Below are positions 46,214 to 55,570 of a stretch of DNA of 64,000 nucleotides, piece after piece. The notes beneath the pieces are model-generated. The model searched no databases. It had not been told where the DNA came from and saw nothing but the letters and a program-made list of their open reading frames with translations. This DNA is from an uncultured Bacillales bacterium (GTDB lineage: Bacteria > Bacillota_I > Bacilli_A > RFN20 > CAG-826), in the NCBI GenBank assembly GCA_946414915.1, contig CAMKQK010000002.1, positions 9,377-73,376 on the forward strand. Direction: 5' to 3'. Made by a program: the position numbers and the translations under genes. How positions within the stretch are numbered: position 1 is the stretch's first letter; each line of letters starts with the position of its first letter.

Positions 46214-49093
46214 ATGAAATCGGTAGAAGAGTATAAAACCTACATTAGCAATTTGAATTATACATCAGACCAACAAAAAGCTATCTTTGCAGATAATAAG
46301 AATGTTCAAATAATAGCTTGTGCGGGGTCAGGAAAGACTTCTACAATTGTGGCAAGAATTATTTTTCTCATTGTTTCTGGAGTTAAACCATCTGAAATCG
46401 TTGCGATTACCTATACCGAAAAGGCCGCTGCATCTTTGAAGCAAAGAATATATCAAGAGTATGAAAAGGCAACAGGGACGCTTGAAGGTTTGGGAGATTT
46501 GTTTATAGGAACGATTCACGGATATTGTCTTTTCCTTCTGCAAGAATACACGAACGATTTTAAAAACTATGACATATTGAACGATATTCAAACGAAACTA
46601 TTCATTAAGGCTAAAAGATGGAGCAACGGCTTAAACGAATGCAAATATTACTCAAATAACGACCCTAATCCAAAAACATTGGTTGGCAACTTCGGATCAA
46701 ATTGGGAGAGATTTAGCGAAAGAGTAGCAGCGTATAAGCAGTTTCTAGATATTGCTCGTGAATATGGTGTGGAAAAAATTGGCAACCAAGATCTTTCTGA
46801 ATTAGTAAAGAAATATTCTGATTCATTAAAAAATAACAAATATTTTGATTTTACATCTATCCAAATTACAGCTTTAGATTATTTCAAAAATGGATTGTTT
46901 GATGATTACCTCTCGGGAATCAAACATTTGATTGTTGATGAATATCAGGATGTTAACGAGACTCAAGAAGAAATCATAAGATACTTTTATACCCATGGAG
47001 TTAATATCTGCGTTGTCGGTGATGATGATCAGACCATCTACGAATGGCGTGGTAGCCGCTTAAGATATATAAAAGACTTTGTAAATAGATATGAAAACGT
47101 TGAGTTTGTTGAACTATCGAAAAACTTTAGAAGTAGTGTAGGCATTACTGTAACCTCAGAAGTATTAATTTCAAACAATCATAACCGCATACCAAAAACA
47201 ATGGAAAGCGCTAATAATCAAGATTATAGAAAGGGTGATATTCTTGGGATTAGATTTGAATCAAGAGACGATGAGAATCAGTTTATAGTCGATAAAATAA
47301 AACAATTAATCGGATCAAAATTTGAACAAAAATCAAAAAACAAAGAATGGTCTTTAAGCTATGACGATATAGTAATACTTGTTAGTTCTGTTAAAAGAAT
47401 CGATTCTTTGATAAAAAAGCTAAACGATTCCAACATTCCGTTTGTTGTTGAAGGCACACAAAATCTTTTTGAAACTCCTGAAATCAACGCGATACTAGAA
47501 ACATTTAAGTATATGATTTTTAATCACATAGCATCACTTAAGCTCAACCCAATTGATGCGGTGATGTCAATCAAAAAGATGAATACAACAGCGCCTCAAA
47601 ATGTAATTGACAAATGGAAGGCTGTTTTATCTACTGATGAACAATCGATCAATAATGCCCTCATTGAATTTAGAGATATGTTTTTAGATGCTGTTGCTGA
47701 TCAAAACAAATCTTATGAGTATACAATTCAAGAGAATCTCCATAAATTGTTATTTGGCTTAGGTGCTATGTCCACAAAACTAAACGATAAAGTTTATTAC
47801 AACATAGGTAAGTTCACCGAAATGATTAATGATTATGAAAAGATTTACCTAAAAACATTCCCTTTAGAGAGAATTGAAAAATTTAATGAATTTTTAATCC
47901 AAGATGCTAAGAATTTATATCCTGAAGGCTGGCTATCACCAAGATTTAGTCTTGTTAAGGCTTTGAGGGTAATGACCTATCACCAAGCAAAGGGGCTTGA
48001 ATTCCCTGTTGTTTTCTTACCATACCTCACAAAAGATTCGATTTTTCCTTTAACTAAAGGTGGCGGTGGAATTAGTGCTTGGTCTATCATTCATAACGAA
48101 AGAATAAAAGAAGAATTCAATGATTCCGAGTCACGCCATAGAGTTTTTTATGTTGGAATGACTCGCTCAGAAAAATATCTTTTTATGACTAGATCTCCGG
48201 GTGTTTCTTCTACTGGGTTAACACACTACAATACGGAAGCTATCCAATTTACTCAAGCTTTAAATTCGGAATATATCGTTCATGATAAATGTTTAGATAT
48301 TGAGTACGATAAATCATCATGCGAAAAGCATTCAGCAGATGAGATTATCACTTTGAATTTTAGTCTATTGAAAGATTTATTTGAATGCGGATATAAATTC
48401 AAACTCTCCAATATTTTTGGTTTCAAAGCCCCGCTTGATATTAGAATGGGATATGGCCAGTCAATACATAGCATGCTAGATTATATTCACAAGAATTGGC
48501 GCTCAATCAATCTTGATGATGAAAACGAAATCCTCGATATTGTTAATAGATTTTTGCACCTGCCATATGCTTCGAAAAAATTAATCGATGCAGAAAGAAC
48601 AAAGGCTTTCATAAAAATCAAAGCATATATCGTTAATAATAAATACAGGTTTAATAATATTTTGTTCTCAGAAAAAAGAATCGATTATAAGTTTTCTGAT
48701 TATTTCTTTATTGATGGTAGAATTGATTTAATAAGAGATGATGTTAACAAAGAATTAACGATTGTTGATTTTAAGTCTGATAAGAAGGCGCTAAGCCAAG
48801 AACAAATTAAGAATCAGCTTATGCTTTATGTTCTTGGTTATGAATCTATGAAAAAAGAAAAGATTTCTTATATAGAGTCATATGATATTAATGAAACAAA
48901 ACCAACTCGTATCCGTATCACAGATAGTGATCGGGATTCGTTCAAAAAACGATTAACTGAATCTGAGACTACTATTAAAAGTGGGAAGTATCTTAGACAT
49001 TGTGATGTTGATCCAGATTATAAGAACAAGTATTGTAATAAGAATTGTTTTTTGTGGAATGATAAGCTAAAGGCTTGTAACGGTAAATTATAA
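46214..49093 (+). CDS. UvrD/Rep-type SF1 helicase fused to a C-terminal PD-(D/E)XK (RecB/Cas4-like) nuclease with a Cys cluster
   Basis: Helicase motifs: ACAGSGKTS, LIVDEYQDVN, VVGDDDQTIYEWRGS, NFRS, YHQAKGLEFPVVF, FYVGMTRSEKYL. Nuclease: IDGRIDLI...IVDFKSDKK...QLMLY. The Cys at ECGYKF plus C-terminal C...CxxxC...C suggests an Fe-S cluster. Confidence 0.85.
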   Translation: MKSVEEYKTYISNLNYTSDQQKAIFADNKNVQIIACAGSGKTSTIVARIIFLIVSGVKPSEIVAITYTEKAAASLKQRIYQEYEKATGTLEGLGDLFIGTIHGYCLFLLQEYTNDFKNYDILNDIQTKLFIKAKRWSNGLNECKYYSNNDPNPKTLVGNFGSNWERFSERVAAYKQFLDIAREYGVEKIGNQDLSELVKKYSDSLKNNKYFDFTSIQITALDYFKNGLFDDYLSGIKHLIVDEYQDVNETQEEIIRYFYTHGVNICVVGDDDQTIYEWRGSRLRYIKDFVNRYENVEFVELSKNFRSSVGITVTSEVLISNNHNRIPKTMESANNQDYRKGDILGIRFESRDDENQFIVDKIKQLIGSKFEQKSKNKEWSLSYDDIVILVSSVKRIDSLIKKLNDSNIPFVVEGTQNLFETPEINAILETFKYMIFNHIASLKLNPIDAVMSIKKMNTTAPQNVIDKWKAVLSTDEQSINNALIEFRDMFLDAVADQNKSYEYTIQENLHKLLFGLGAMSTKLNDKVYYNIGKFTEMINDYEKIYLKTFPLERIEKFNEFLIQDAKNLYPEGWLSPRFSLVKALRVMTYHQAKGLEFPVVFLPYLTKDSIFPLTKGGGGISAWSIIHNERIKEEFNDSESRHRVFYVGMTRSEKYLFMTRSPGVSSTGLTHYNTEAIQFTQALNSEYIVHDKCLDIEYDKSSCEKHSADEIITLNFSLLKDLFECGYKFKLSNIFGFKAPLDIRMGYGQSIHSMLDYIHKNWRSINLDDENEILDIVNRFLHLPYASKKLIDAERTKAFIKIKAYIVNNKYRFNNILFSEKRIDYKFSDYFFIDGRIDLIRDDVNKELTIVDFKSDKKALSQEQIKNQLMLYVLGYESMKKEKISYIESYDINETKPTRIRITDSDRDSFKKRLTESETTIKSGKYLRHCDVDPDYKNKYCNKNCFLWNDKLKACNGKL

Positions 49094-49110
49094 AAATAAA
49101 CGGAGCTGCA

Positions 49111-50334
49111 ATGACATTAGATATATCTTACGAAAAATATAAAAAAAGTGGTGATATTCACGGGACAGTTCTATACCCAGCAGTTATGGTGGCACCTGTT
49201 CAAAAAGAAGTTTTGAAGTGGCTGATTGGTGGCCGCAAGAATATTAAAGTTTTTGATCCATTTCATGGCTCAGGTACAGCGCTTTATGAAGCTGCAGACA
49301 TCGATCAATCTATATCTGTCTTAGGTTATGATATCAACCCCTTAGCATCTTTGATAACATTTGTTAAACTTCAAGGAATTGATGAAGAATCTTTTAATAG
49401 AGACTTTCACGAACTCAAAAAAAACCTGCTTGCCGATGTTGATTGCCCATCGTTATCGTTTTATAAGTCAGAGAAGTGGTTTAAACCAGATATTCTTAAA
49501 ACTCTATCCAAAATTTCTTTTTCAATTAAAAAAATTGAAAATGATAGGAATCGGAGGTTTTTCTGGGTTATGCTTTGCGACATTGTTAGGAAATATAGTA
49601 ATACCAGAAGTTCTACTTACAAATTACATATAAAAGAAAAAACGAAAATAGATTCATTGAAAAATGATGTCATAAATGATTTTGTTTCAAAAATAAATTC
49701 TTCGTTTGGTTACTACAATAAACATTTTAAGAATATCGAATTGATTAAAGGAAATTCCTTAGAATTAATAAAGGCATTAGATAATAACTCCATAGATATT
49801 ATTATTACGTCTCCACCTTATGGGGATAATGCTACGACAGTTACTTATGGACAGTTTTCTTACTTACAACTTTCTTTTATCGACAAGAATGATTTATCAT
49901 TGGATGGCTGGGAACTTAACAACTGCCAGGCGATTGATTCATCGAGTATGGGCGGTTCTTCCTCAAAATTTGCACTTGATGAATTAGGAGGAAAGTTGAT
50001 AACGCCTTATTTGAAAAAAATACCACGAAACAAACATAAAAAAATAATTAGATTTTTTTCTGATTATTTTGCTTTTCTAGATGAAGCCTCTCGTATTTCA
50101 AATCAGTATATTGTAATGACGTTGGGAAACAGAACAGTAAATCGTATTAAAATTAATCTTACTGGTCTAACTGAAAAATATCTTCAATCAAAGGGTTTTT
50201 TAAAAAAGAAAAAGTTATCCCGCAAAATATCTTCCAAAAGAACGCCTTCTTCAATAATTGTAAATAATAAAAAGACAGACACAATGAACAAAGAATACGT
50301 TTTGATAATGGAAAAACAAGTTGCTCAATCATAG
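49111..50334 (+). CDS. DNA amino-methyltransferase (N6-adenine or N4-cytosine)
   Basis: AdoMet motif I F48-DPFHGSGT. Catalytic S234-P-P-Y (nt 49810-49821). About 180 aa between the motifs could be a target-recognition region. Confidence 0.8.
   Translation: MTLDISYEKYKKSGDIHGTVLYPAVMVAPVQKEVLKWLIGGRKNIKVFDPFHGSGTALYEAADIDQSISVLGYDINPLASLITFVKLQGIDEESFNRDFHELKKNLLADVDCPSLSFYKSEKWFKPDILKTLSKISFSIKKIENDRNRRFFWVMLCDIVRKYSNTRSSTYKLHIKEKTKIDSLKNDVINDFVSKINSSFGYYNKHFKNIELIKGNSLELIKALDNNSIDIIITSPPYGDNATTVTYGQFSYLQLSFIDKNDLSLDGWELNNCQAIDSSSMGGSSSKFALDELGGKLITPYLKKIPRNKHKKIIRFFSDYFAFLDEASRISNQYIVMTLGNRTVNRIKINLTGLTEKYLQSKGFLKKKKLSRKISSKRTPSSIIVNNKKTDTMNKEYVLIMEKQVAQS
50308..50323 (+). repeat. 16-nt direct repeat copy A (ATGGAAAAACAAGTTG) at the 3' end of the methyltransferase gene
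   Basis: Identical to 50400-50415, which is the start of the rfbC remnant. Confidence 0.9.
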
Positions 50335-50399
50335 TGTTTGCCTTATCCGGCAAAGAATTTGGACGAGAAGCAAATGTAATGCTTTAGAAATTATTAATT

Positions 50400-50625
50400 A
50401 TGGAAAAACAAGTTGGTATTTTTTATTTAAAGAATCATCTATTAAAGGTGTTTATAAGATAGATGTTAAAAAATACGGTGATAACCGTGGTTATTTTATG
50501 AAAACTTATAAAAAGACTGACTTTGATGAAGCTGGTCTAGTTTATAACTTTGTGCAAGATAACCGATCTAAATCTAAAAAAGGTGTTTTGAGAGGATTTG
50601 CACACGGCTTTTTAGTATTAAGTGA
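50400..50625 (+). pseudogene. rfbC: Second, internally deleted copy of rfbC (dTDP-4-dehydrorhamnose 3,5-epimerase remnant)
   Basis: MEKQVGIFYLKESSIKGVYKIDVKKYGDNRGYFMKTYKKTDFDEAGLVYNFVQDNRSKSKKGVLRG joins directly to FAHGFLVLSE. It is near-identical at nucleotide level to 41380-41547 plus 41704-41733 of the intact gene. About 150 nt of the middle and the whole 3' end are missing. Confidence 0.85.
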
Positions 50626-51056
50626 ACTCACTGATTTAGGAAATTCCTTTAGGATTAGACATCACGAAACAAGCAAAATTGATTTTACATCAGACAATCA
50701 CCGCGAATACTTTTTTAACAGGTGCCTTGCCTTGATTGTTTTGGCGATAAAATATATAAAACTGTGGTTTTTCTTGACTCAAAAAATAAGGTGGCATCTT
50801 TAGCAATAAGGTGCTACCTTTTGTATATAAAGAAAATAGATCTCGCTATAAGAAGATTACCTTGTATAAGAAACCAATCTTATCTTAGGATAAAGAAGGA
50901 AAAAGACCTTATAAAGAGTCTATTATTAAGTTAATGTTTAAGCATATTATTTAAGTTTACTTACAAACTTTTTTCCTTAAAGTTTTCAATTATTGGTGGT
51001 TGTCTATTTTTCGATGACCACCTTATTTTTGAAAGGACCAAGAATTCTTTATACGA

Positions 51057-51087
51057 TATCAATGCCCGTTAGTCGCTGGCATTGATA
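51057..51087. repeat. Perfect 10-bp inverted repeat upstream of the KAP NTPase gene
   Basis: TATCAATGCC (51057-51066), 11-nt loop, GGCATTGATA (51078-51087). No T-run on either side. Confidence 0.6.
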
Positions 51088-51139
51088 CTAACAAAACAAT
51101 TCTTATGCTTTTAGTGAAGCAATAATATATACTTATGTT

Positions 51140-53395
51140 ATGATTTTGATTAGCGATAAACCAACAGATAAAAAAGAAAATGCTGAAAAAGCATTGCAAG
51201 ATACTTGTAATGCAATAATAACCTCCATATTGAAATACGATAAAGACGATCCAATTACTATACATATTAATGGTCCTTGGGGTTCTGGTAAAAGTTCTTG
51301 TTTAAATATAATAAAGCGTGAGTTTGATACTAATAGAACTAAATTTTGTGATGAAAGTGGCCGATTATATTTGACAACTTGTTTTAATCCTTGGAACGTA
51401 CTGGATAAGTCTAAACTCACTAACGATTTTTTTAAAGCGTTATCTGACACATTTCATAGAACCAAAGTCAAAAAAATACTTGAAAAAAGTTTGAAGATAT
51501 CTTCTACAATAGCATCTCTGCTCGGGAAAGAGAACCTGGCGTCCCAATTTAGTGCATTAAGCAATTATTTTCGTGCACTTAACCAAAGCGAATCAAAGAA
51601 CTCTTTAAGTGAGTCTAAAACAAAAATATGTGAGAAACTTGAAACATCTCCATTTAAGAGGATTGTTTTCATTGATGAAATTGATAGACTGCAATCAGAA
51701 GAAATAGCAGTAGTATTCCAGCTTATTAATAATGTTTGTGATTTGCCAAATGTTATTTTTGTTATTGCTTTTGACCAAGAAATCGTCTCAACTTCTTTGG
51801 CAGAGTATTTAGCAAAAATTAAATTTGAAAAGACAATTACCGGTAGTTTTACAACAGACAAAAAAGACAGTTTTATAAATTCTTCTGCGAAAATAACGGA
51901 CGCATCATTTTTTCCTGCAGAATCAAAGGTCAATCTAATTGAAACTCAAAAATCAGATATTGGCGATTTGTACTTGCAAAAAATAATACAATATAGATTT
52001 GACATTCCAATTTTGGGCGGAAGCGAAAGAATCTCAATTCTGACTAAAGTATTGTTTGAATCAAACTCGTTTAGCAATGAAGAGGCGGCAACTATTTTTG
52101 ATGAGATTAAATCTTTACCTTTATATGGCATTTCTTCATTTAACCATCCTAGACAAATAAAGCGATTTTGCTCATATTTGATTGATGCTTTAAAACAATA
52201 TGGAGAATATGTTGATTCTGGTGACATCCTTATGGTTGAGACTCTAAGAGCATTTTATCCCTCGTCATACACCAAGTTTGTTAGGTATCTTGAAAGAGTT
52301 GCAAAAGGCGATAGCTTATACCAGGTATCAATTGATATTCAAAAGAGTTTTTCTTGGCTTAGTCAGCATGATCCTAATAGAATTGTGAACTATTTGGTTA
52401 ACGAAAATGAAAAATCTTTGTTAAAACCATATGTTAGACTTTTTTCGAAGGAGAATGCTAAACTATACCTTTCAAACGATAATGGATTAATTGCAATTAG
52501 TTATGTTAAGAAAATAGTTTATAGTCCAATAGAATCAAGATGGCTAGATTCCATTCCTAATGAGCATATACGTTATGCTTTGGCACAATTGTATAGGTGC
52601 ATAAAAGAAGCGCCAGTTGAGTTTTCTTCAAGAGATTGGTTGCATTGGTATATTGATAATGCTTTCTCGTTGAGAATTAATGGCGACAAAACGCTATACA
52701 GTCCAACTATTTTTGGCGAACTTCTAGGATGTTTGTTGTCTTTCTTGAATGAAGAGAACGCCAAAAACGTGCTTAATACTATCATTAGCCTCTGCAAGAC
52801 ACAAAAGGTCGATGAAGAATTAGCATCTTTCTTAGAGGGAATTTTGTGGAATATCGATTATGATAAAAGACAATTCGTTAATAAAACATTAGCAGATAAC
52901 TTTGCGAATAATGTAATTGAGACAATCGTTTTTTATTCAAAATCATTAAAAGAAAGTCCTTTTGGTTTCAATAATATGCTTAATGTTTTGAATCAATTTG
53001 ACAAACTATCTGATTTGTTTGGCATTTTGGATTCTTTTAGCGAAGATGAAAAAGTCAATTTTATGTGTAATAGTTATGGGCTATTTTCTTCAAAAAGAGA
53101 TGAATTAAGTTTTACCCCTCCAATTATGGGAGTACTAGGATTTAGAGATAACGCAGCTGATGAATTAAACTCAATTAGAGAAACATCTTTTTATAAGACA
53201 AAAATTTCTCAAGTACTGTCAATGAATCAAGTTAATTTGTCTACTCTTTACTGTTATTTATGGCCAAATCTATATTCTTTCCAAAATAATGGATTTAGTG
53301 GCGAAAGCGTAGAAGCAAAAATCAGCGAGCTTGTTAACAAAAAGAAGCTTGCTGTAAACGACGATATTCAGGGTGCATATTTATCTTCTAAATAG
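51140..53395 (+). CDS. KAP-family P-loop NTPase
   Basis: Walker A INGPWGSGKSS, Walker B-like VFIDEIDRL about 150 aa later, large helical C-terminal region, 751 aa. Confidence 0.8.
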   Translation: MILISDKPTDKKENAEKALQDTCNAIITSILKYDKDDPITIHINGPWGSGKSSCLNIIKREFDTNRTKFCDESGRLYLTTCFNPWNVLDKSKLTNDFFKALSDTFHRTKVKKILEKSLKISSTIASLLGKENLASQFSALSNYFRALNQSESKNSLSESKTKICEKLETSPFKRIVFIDEIDRLQSEEIAVVFQLINNVCDLPNVIFVIAFDQEIVSTSLAEYLAKIKFEKTITGSFTTDKKDSFINSSAKITDASFFPAESKVNLIETQKSDIGDLYLQKIIQYRFDIPILGGSERISILTKVLFESNSFSNEEAATIFDEIKSLPLYGISSFNHPRQIKRFCSYLIDALKQYGEYVDSGDILMVETLRAFYPSSYTKFVRYLERVAKGDSLYQVSIDIQKSFSWLSQHDPNRIVNYLVNENEKSLLKPYVRLFSKENAKLYLSNDNGLIAISYVKKIVYSPIESRWLDSIPNEHIRYALAQLYRCIKEAPVEFSSRDWLHWYIDNAFSLRINGDKTLYSPTIFGELLGCLLSFLNEENAKNVLNTIISLCKTQKVDEELASFLEGILWNIDYDKRQFVNKTLADNFANNVIETIVFYSKSLKESPFGFNNMLNVLNQFDKLSDLFGILDSFSEDEKVNFMCNSYGLFSSKRDELSFTPPIMGVLGFRDNAADELNSIRETSFYKTKISQVLSMNQVNLSTLYCYLWPNLYSFQNNGFSGESVEAKISELVNKKKLAVNDDIQGAYLSSK

Positions 53396-53666
53396 TTTTA
53401 AGACAATTACTTGTAATAAAAGCATGTACCCACAATCTTTTAATCTAATTTCTTTCTTAACTAATTAAAAAGATGAAATGGTGTGTATAATGCTTGCCGA
53501 GATGGTACAAATCTACACGGAATACATTGCCTCAAATTGCTTTTTATCATTCTGTCACTAAGCATATCAAGCATAACGAGAGCGCATCAAATAATCGCAA
53601 TAATTAGAAGCAAATTGCAGCCATGTGATTTGTTTTTTTAAAGAACAAGAAAACTTTATATATCGG

Positions 53667-53696
53667 TTGACATAAAAACAAGAAAACATTTAGAAT
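53667..53696 (+). promoter_or_regulatory. Sigma-A-type promoter for the ATPase/TOPRIM pair
   Basis: TTGACA (53667-53672), 18 nt, TAGAAT (53691-53696). About 40 nt upstream of the AAGGAG RBS. Confidence 0.6.
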
Positions 53697-53735
53697 ATAT
53701 TTGTTCAAAAACTTTGAACTAATAAGGAGATTATT

Positions 53736-54842
53736 ATGGCAGTCTTAAAAGTGGAGTTTGATAATTTTCTTTGCTTTGATGACTTTTCAGCGGATTTTTC
53801 ATATCCAAAGAAAGTTGTAAAAACAAACCTTCCAAACGAGTTTTTATCTGATTATCCAAATATTAGATTTAAGAAAGTTAATATTATCGTTGGTTCTAAT
53901 GCTTCTGGAAAAACATCATTGGGCCGCGCAATCTGGCATACCTTTATGTTCTTAAGTAAAAAAGAAGGTAATGCATTAACCGAACTAATCAAAAATCCAA
54001 ATAAGAGAACTAGCATTTTACTGGATTGTATTTATCCAAATGGTGTTTTCTTTCGCGTTGAAATTAGAATTGAAGCTAGCACAAAAGATATTTTTGTAAG
54101 ATTAAGAGTAATGCGGGCACAAAAGAATGATTCCTATGAGTCTTTGGTAGATAGATTAGATGCTAATGCTCAATTTGAAAACTATATTACTGCCTTAGAT
54201 AAATTTGAATTTCATGGTTGGAATTTCTCCTTTCCTTCAATCGAAAGCGGCTTTGATATCATCAAGTGTGAACACGACGAAAAGGATAAAAAGGAATTCT
54301 GCCAAATCTATGAAAGTGTTTTAAAAACAATGGATCCATCCATTAAGCGAGCGTATCCATCAAGAGAAGTAGAAAACTCATATATTGTCGATTTTTATGA
54401 TGGCCAATCAGTGGCGGTTACAAATGGTGAAAAACTAAGTGAAATTAAAAAATTATCATCTGGTACGAAATACGCAATTAATATCGCAGATGTTATATTT
54501 TCTATTAAAAAACACTATAATGGTTTCTATTTTGTTGACGAACAATTCTCATATGTTAATTCAGACATTGAAATTGCGTGCTTAATGAAAATGATTTCAT
54601 TATTAGATGATGGTGAACAGTTATTCTTTACTTCACACAACGAAGAATTGCTAGCATTGCCATTACCAAATCACACATTTAATTTTATTAGTAAAGTATG
54701 GGATGGCGACAATACTCATATCGTGTGGACAAACGCATCCATTGAAAAACGCAACAATGTTAATATCAAAAACTTATATGATAACGACTTTTTCAATGTG
54801 AGTCCTGACGTAAACAAGATTCTAGATATTGCGGAGAACTAA
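53736..54842 (+). CDS. ABC/AAA_21-type ATPase (OLD-family-like ATPase subunit)
   Basis: Walker A GSNASGKTS, Walker B FYFVDEQF, H-loop region LFFTSHNEELL. Confidence 0.8.
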   Translation: MAVLKVEFDNFLCFDDFSADFSYPKKVVKTNLPNEFLSDYPNIRFKKVNIIVGSNASGKTSLGRAIWHTFMFLSKKEGNALTELIKNPNKRTSILLDCIYPNGVFFRVEIRIEASTKDIFVRLRVMRAQKNDSYESLVDRLDANAQFENYITALDKFEFHGWNFSFPSIESGFDIIKCEHDEKDKKEFCQIYESVLKTMDPSIKRAYPSREVENSYIVDFYDGQSVAVTNGEKLSEIKKLSSGTKYAINIADVIFSIKKHYNGFYFVDEQFSYVNSDIEIACLMKMISLLDDGEQLFFTSHNEELLALPLPNHTFNFISKVWDGDNTHIVWTNASIEKRNNVNIKNLYDNDFFNVSPDVNKILDIAEN

Positions 54843-54844
54843 AA

Positions 54845-55387
54845 ATGGATAGAAGAGTTTTTCAATACTACGTAGAGGGCGAATGTGAGAAGAATTTCTT
54901 AAACTCTTTTATGCACGCCAAAAATAGCGAATATATCATTCATCCAGGCAGAATTGAAAAACTAAATCCCATAACTTCTAGAATAAGCGATACTAAAGCC
55001 AGAACGATTAAAAGAGATACTACAATTGTATTTGTTTTTGATACAGACATCGAAAGTACATCAATTCTTGAGGAGAATATAAAAACGTTAAATAGAATAG
55101 CGTATATCGATGCTAAGGATATTATCTTCCTTATGTCTGTGAAAAGATTTGAAGAGGAGATAGTGTATTCCTGCAAGAAGGTAAGTGATGTTAAGGGATT
55201 AGTAAAGTTGTTTAATTCTCAAGGGTTGACAGCTTTTAAAACAGACTTCTTAACTTGCAAGAACCTAGAAGACAAATTAAGGCAAGTTGGTTTTGATATT
55301 TCAGTTATGTGGACAAGGCTTGCAAGGGAACCATTTGATAAGTATCCAAATGGCGGCAAATATGTCAAAATAAAGAACCCTAAATAA
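54845..55387 (+). CDS. RloB/DUF4276-like TOPRIM-type protein (putative nuclease partner)
   Basis: N-terminal YYVEGECEKNF (conserved Glu) and VFVFDTDIE (DxD): the TOPRIM pattern. Starts 2 nt after the ATPase stop. Confidence 0.55.
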   Translation: MDRRVFQYYVEGECEKNFLNSFMHAKNSEYIIHPGRIEKLNPITSRISDTKARTIKRDTTIVFVFDTDIESTSILEENIKTLNRIAYIDAKDIIFLMSVKRFEEEIVYSCKKVSDVKGLVKLFNSQGLTAFKTDFLTCKNLEDKLRQVGFDISVMWTRLAREPFDKYPNGGKYVKIKNPK

Positions 55388-55570
55388 TTTTAATAGATTT
55401 AAAGTCAAGAATAAGCTGCGCACAAAAAGTGTGGCTTTTTCTTCATTAATACATATATTCCTCTATCATTTCCCTAAATCCATGCTATGATTAGGCTATA
55501 ACCATCATATACGTATAATAAGAATCAAATATTAGATATTGGTTCGAGGGAGTTGTTTTAAATACACATT

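Noticed and set aside
50321-50803. The 160-aa ORF in the track considered as a real gene.
   Set aside because: It is a chimeric read-through. Its middle is the internally deleted rfbC remnant, and its ends are non-homologous low-complexity sequence. It is treated as a pseudogene.
46214-55387. Gabija, considered because a UvrD helicase and an OLD-like ATPase/TOPRIM are both present.
   Set aside because: The helicase is followed by a methyltransferase. It is separated from the ATPase/TOPRIM pair by about 4.6 kb, including gene remnants and a KAP NTPase. GajA is a single fused ATPase-TOPRIM protein, and the helicase here carries its own nuclease.
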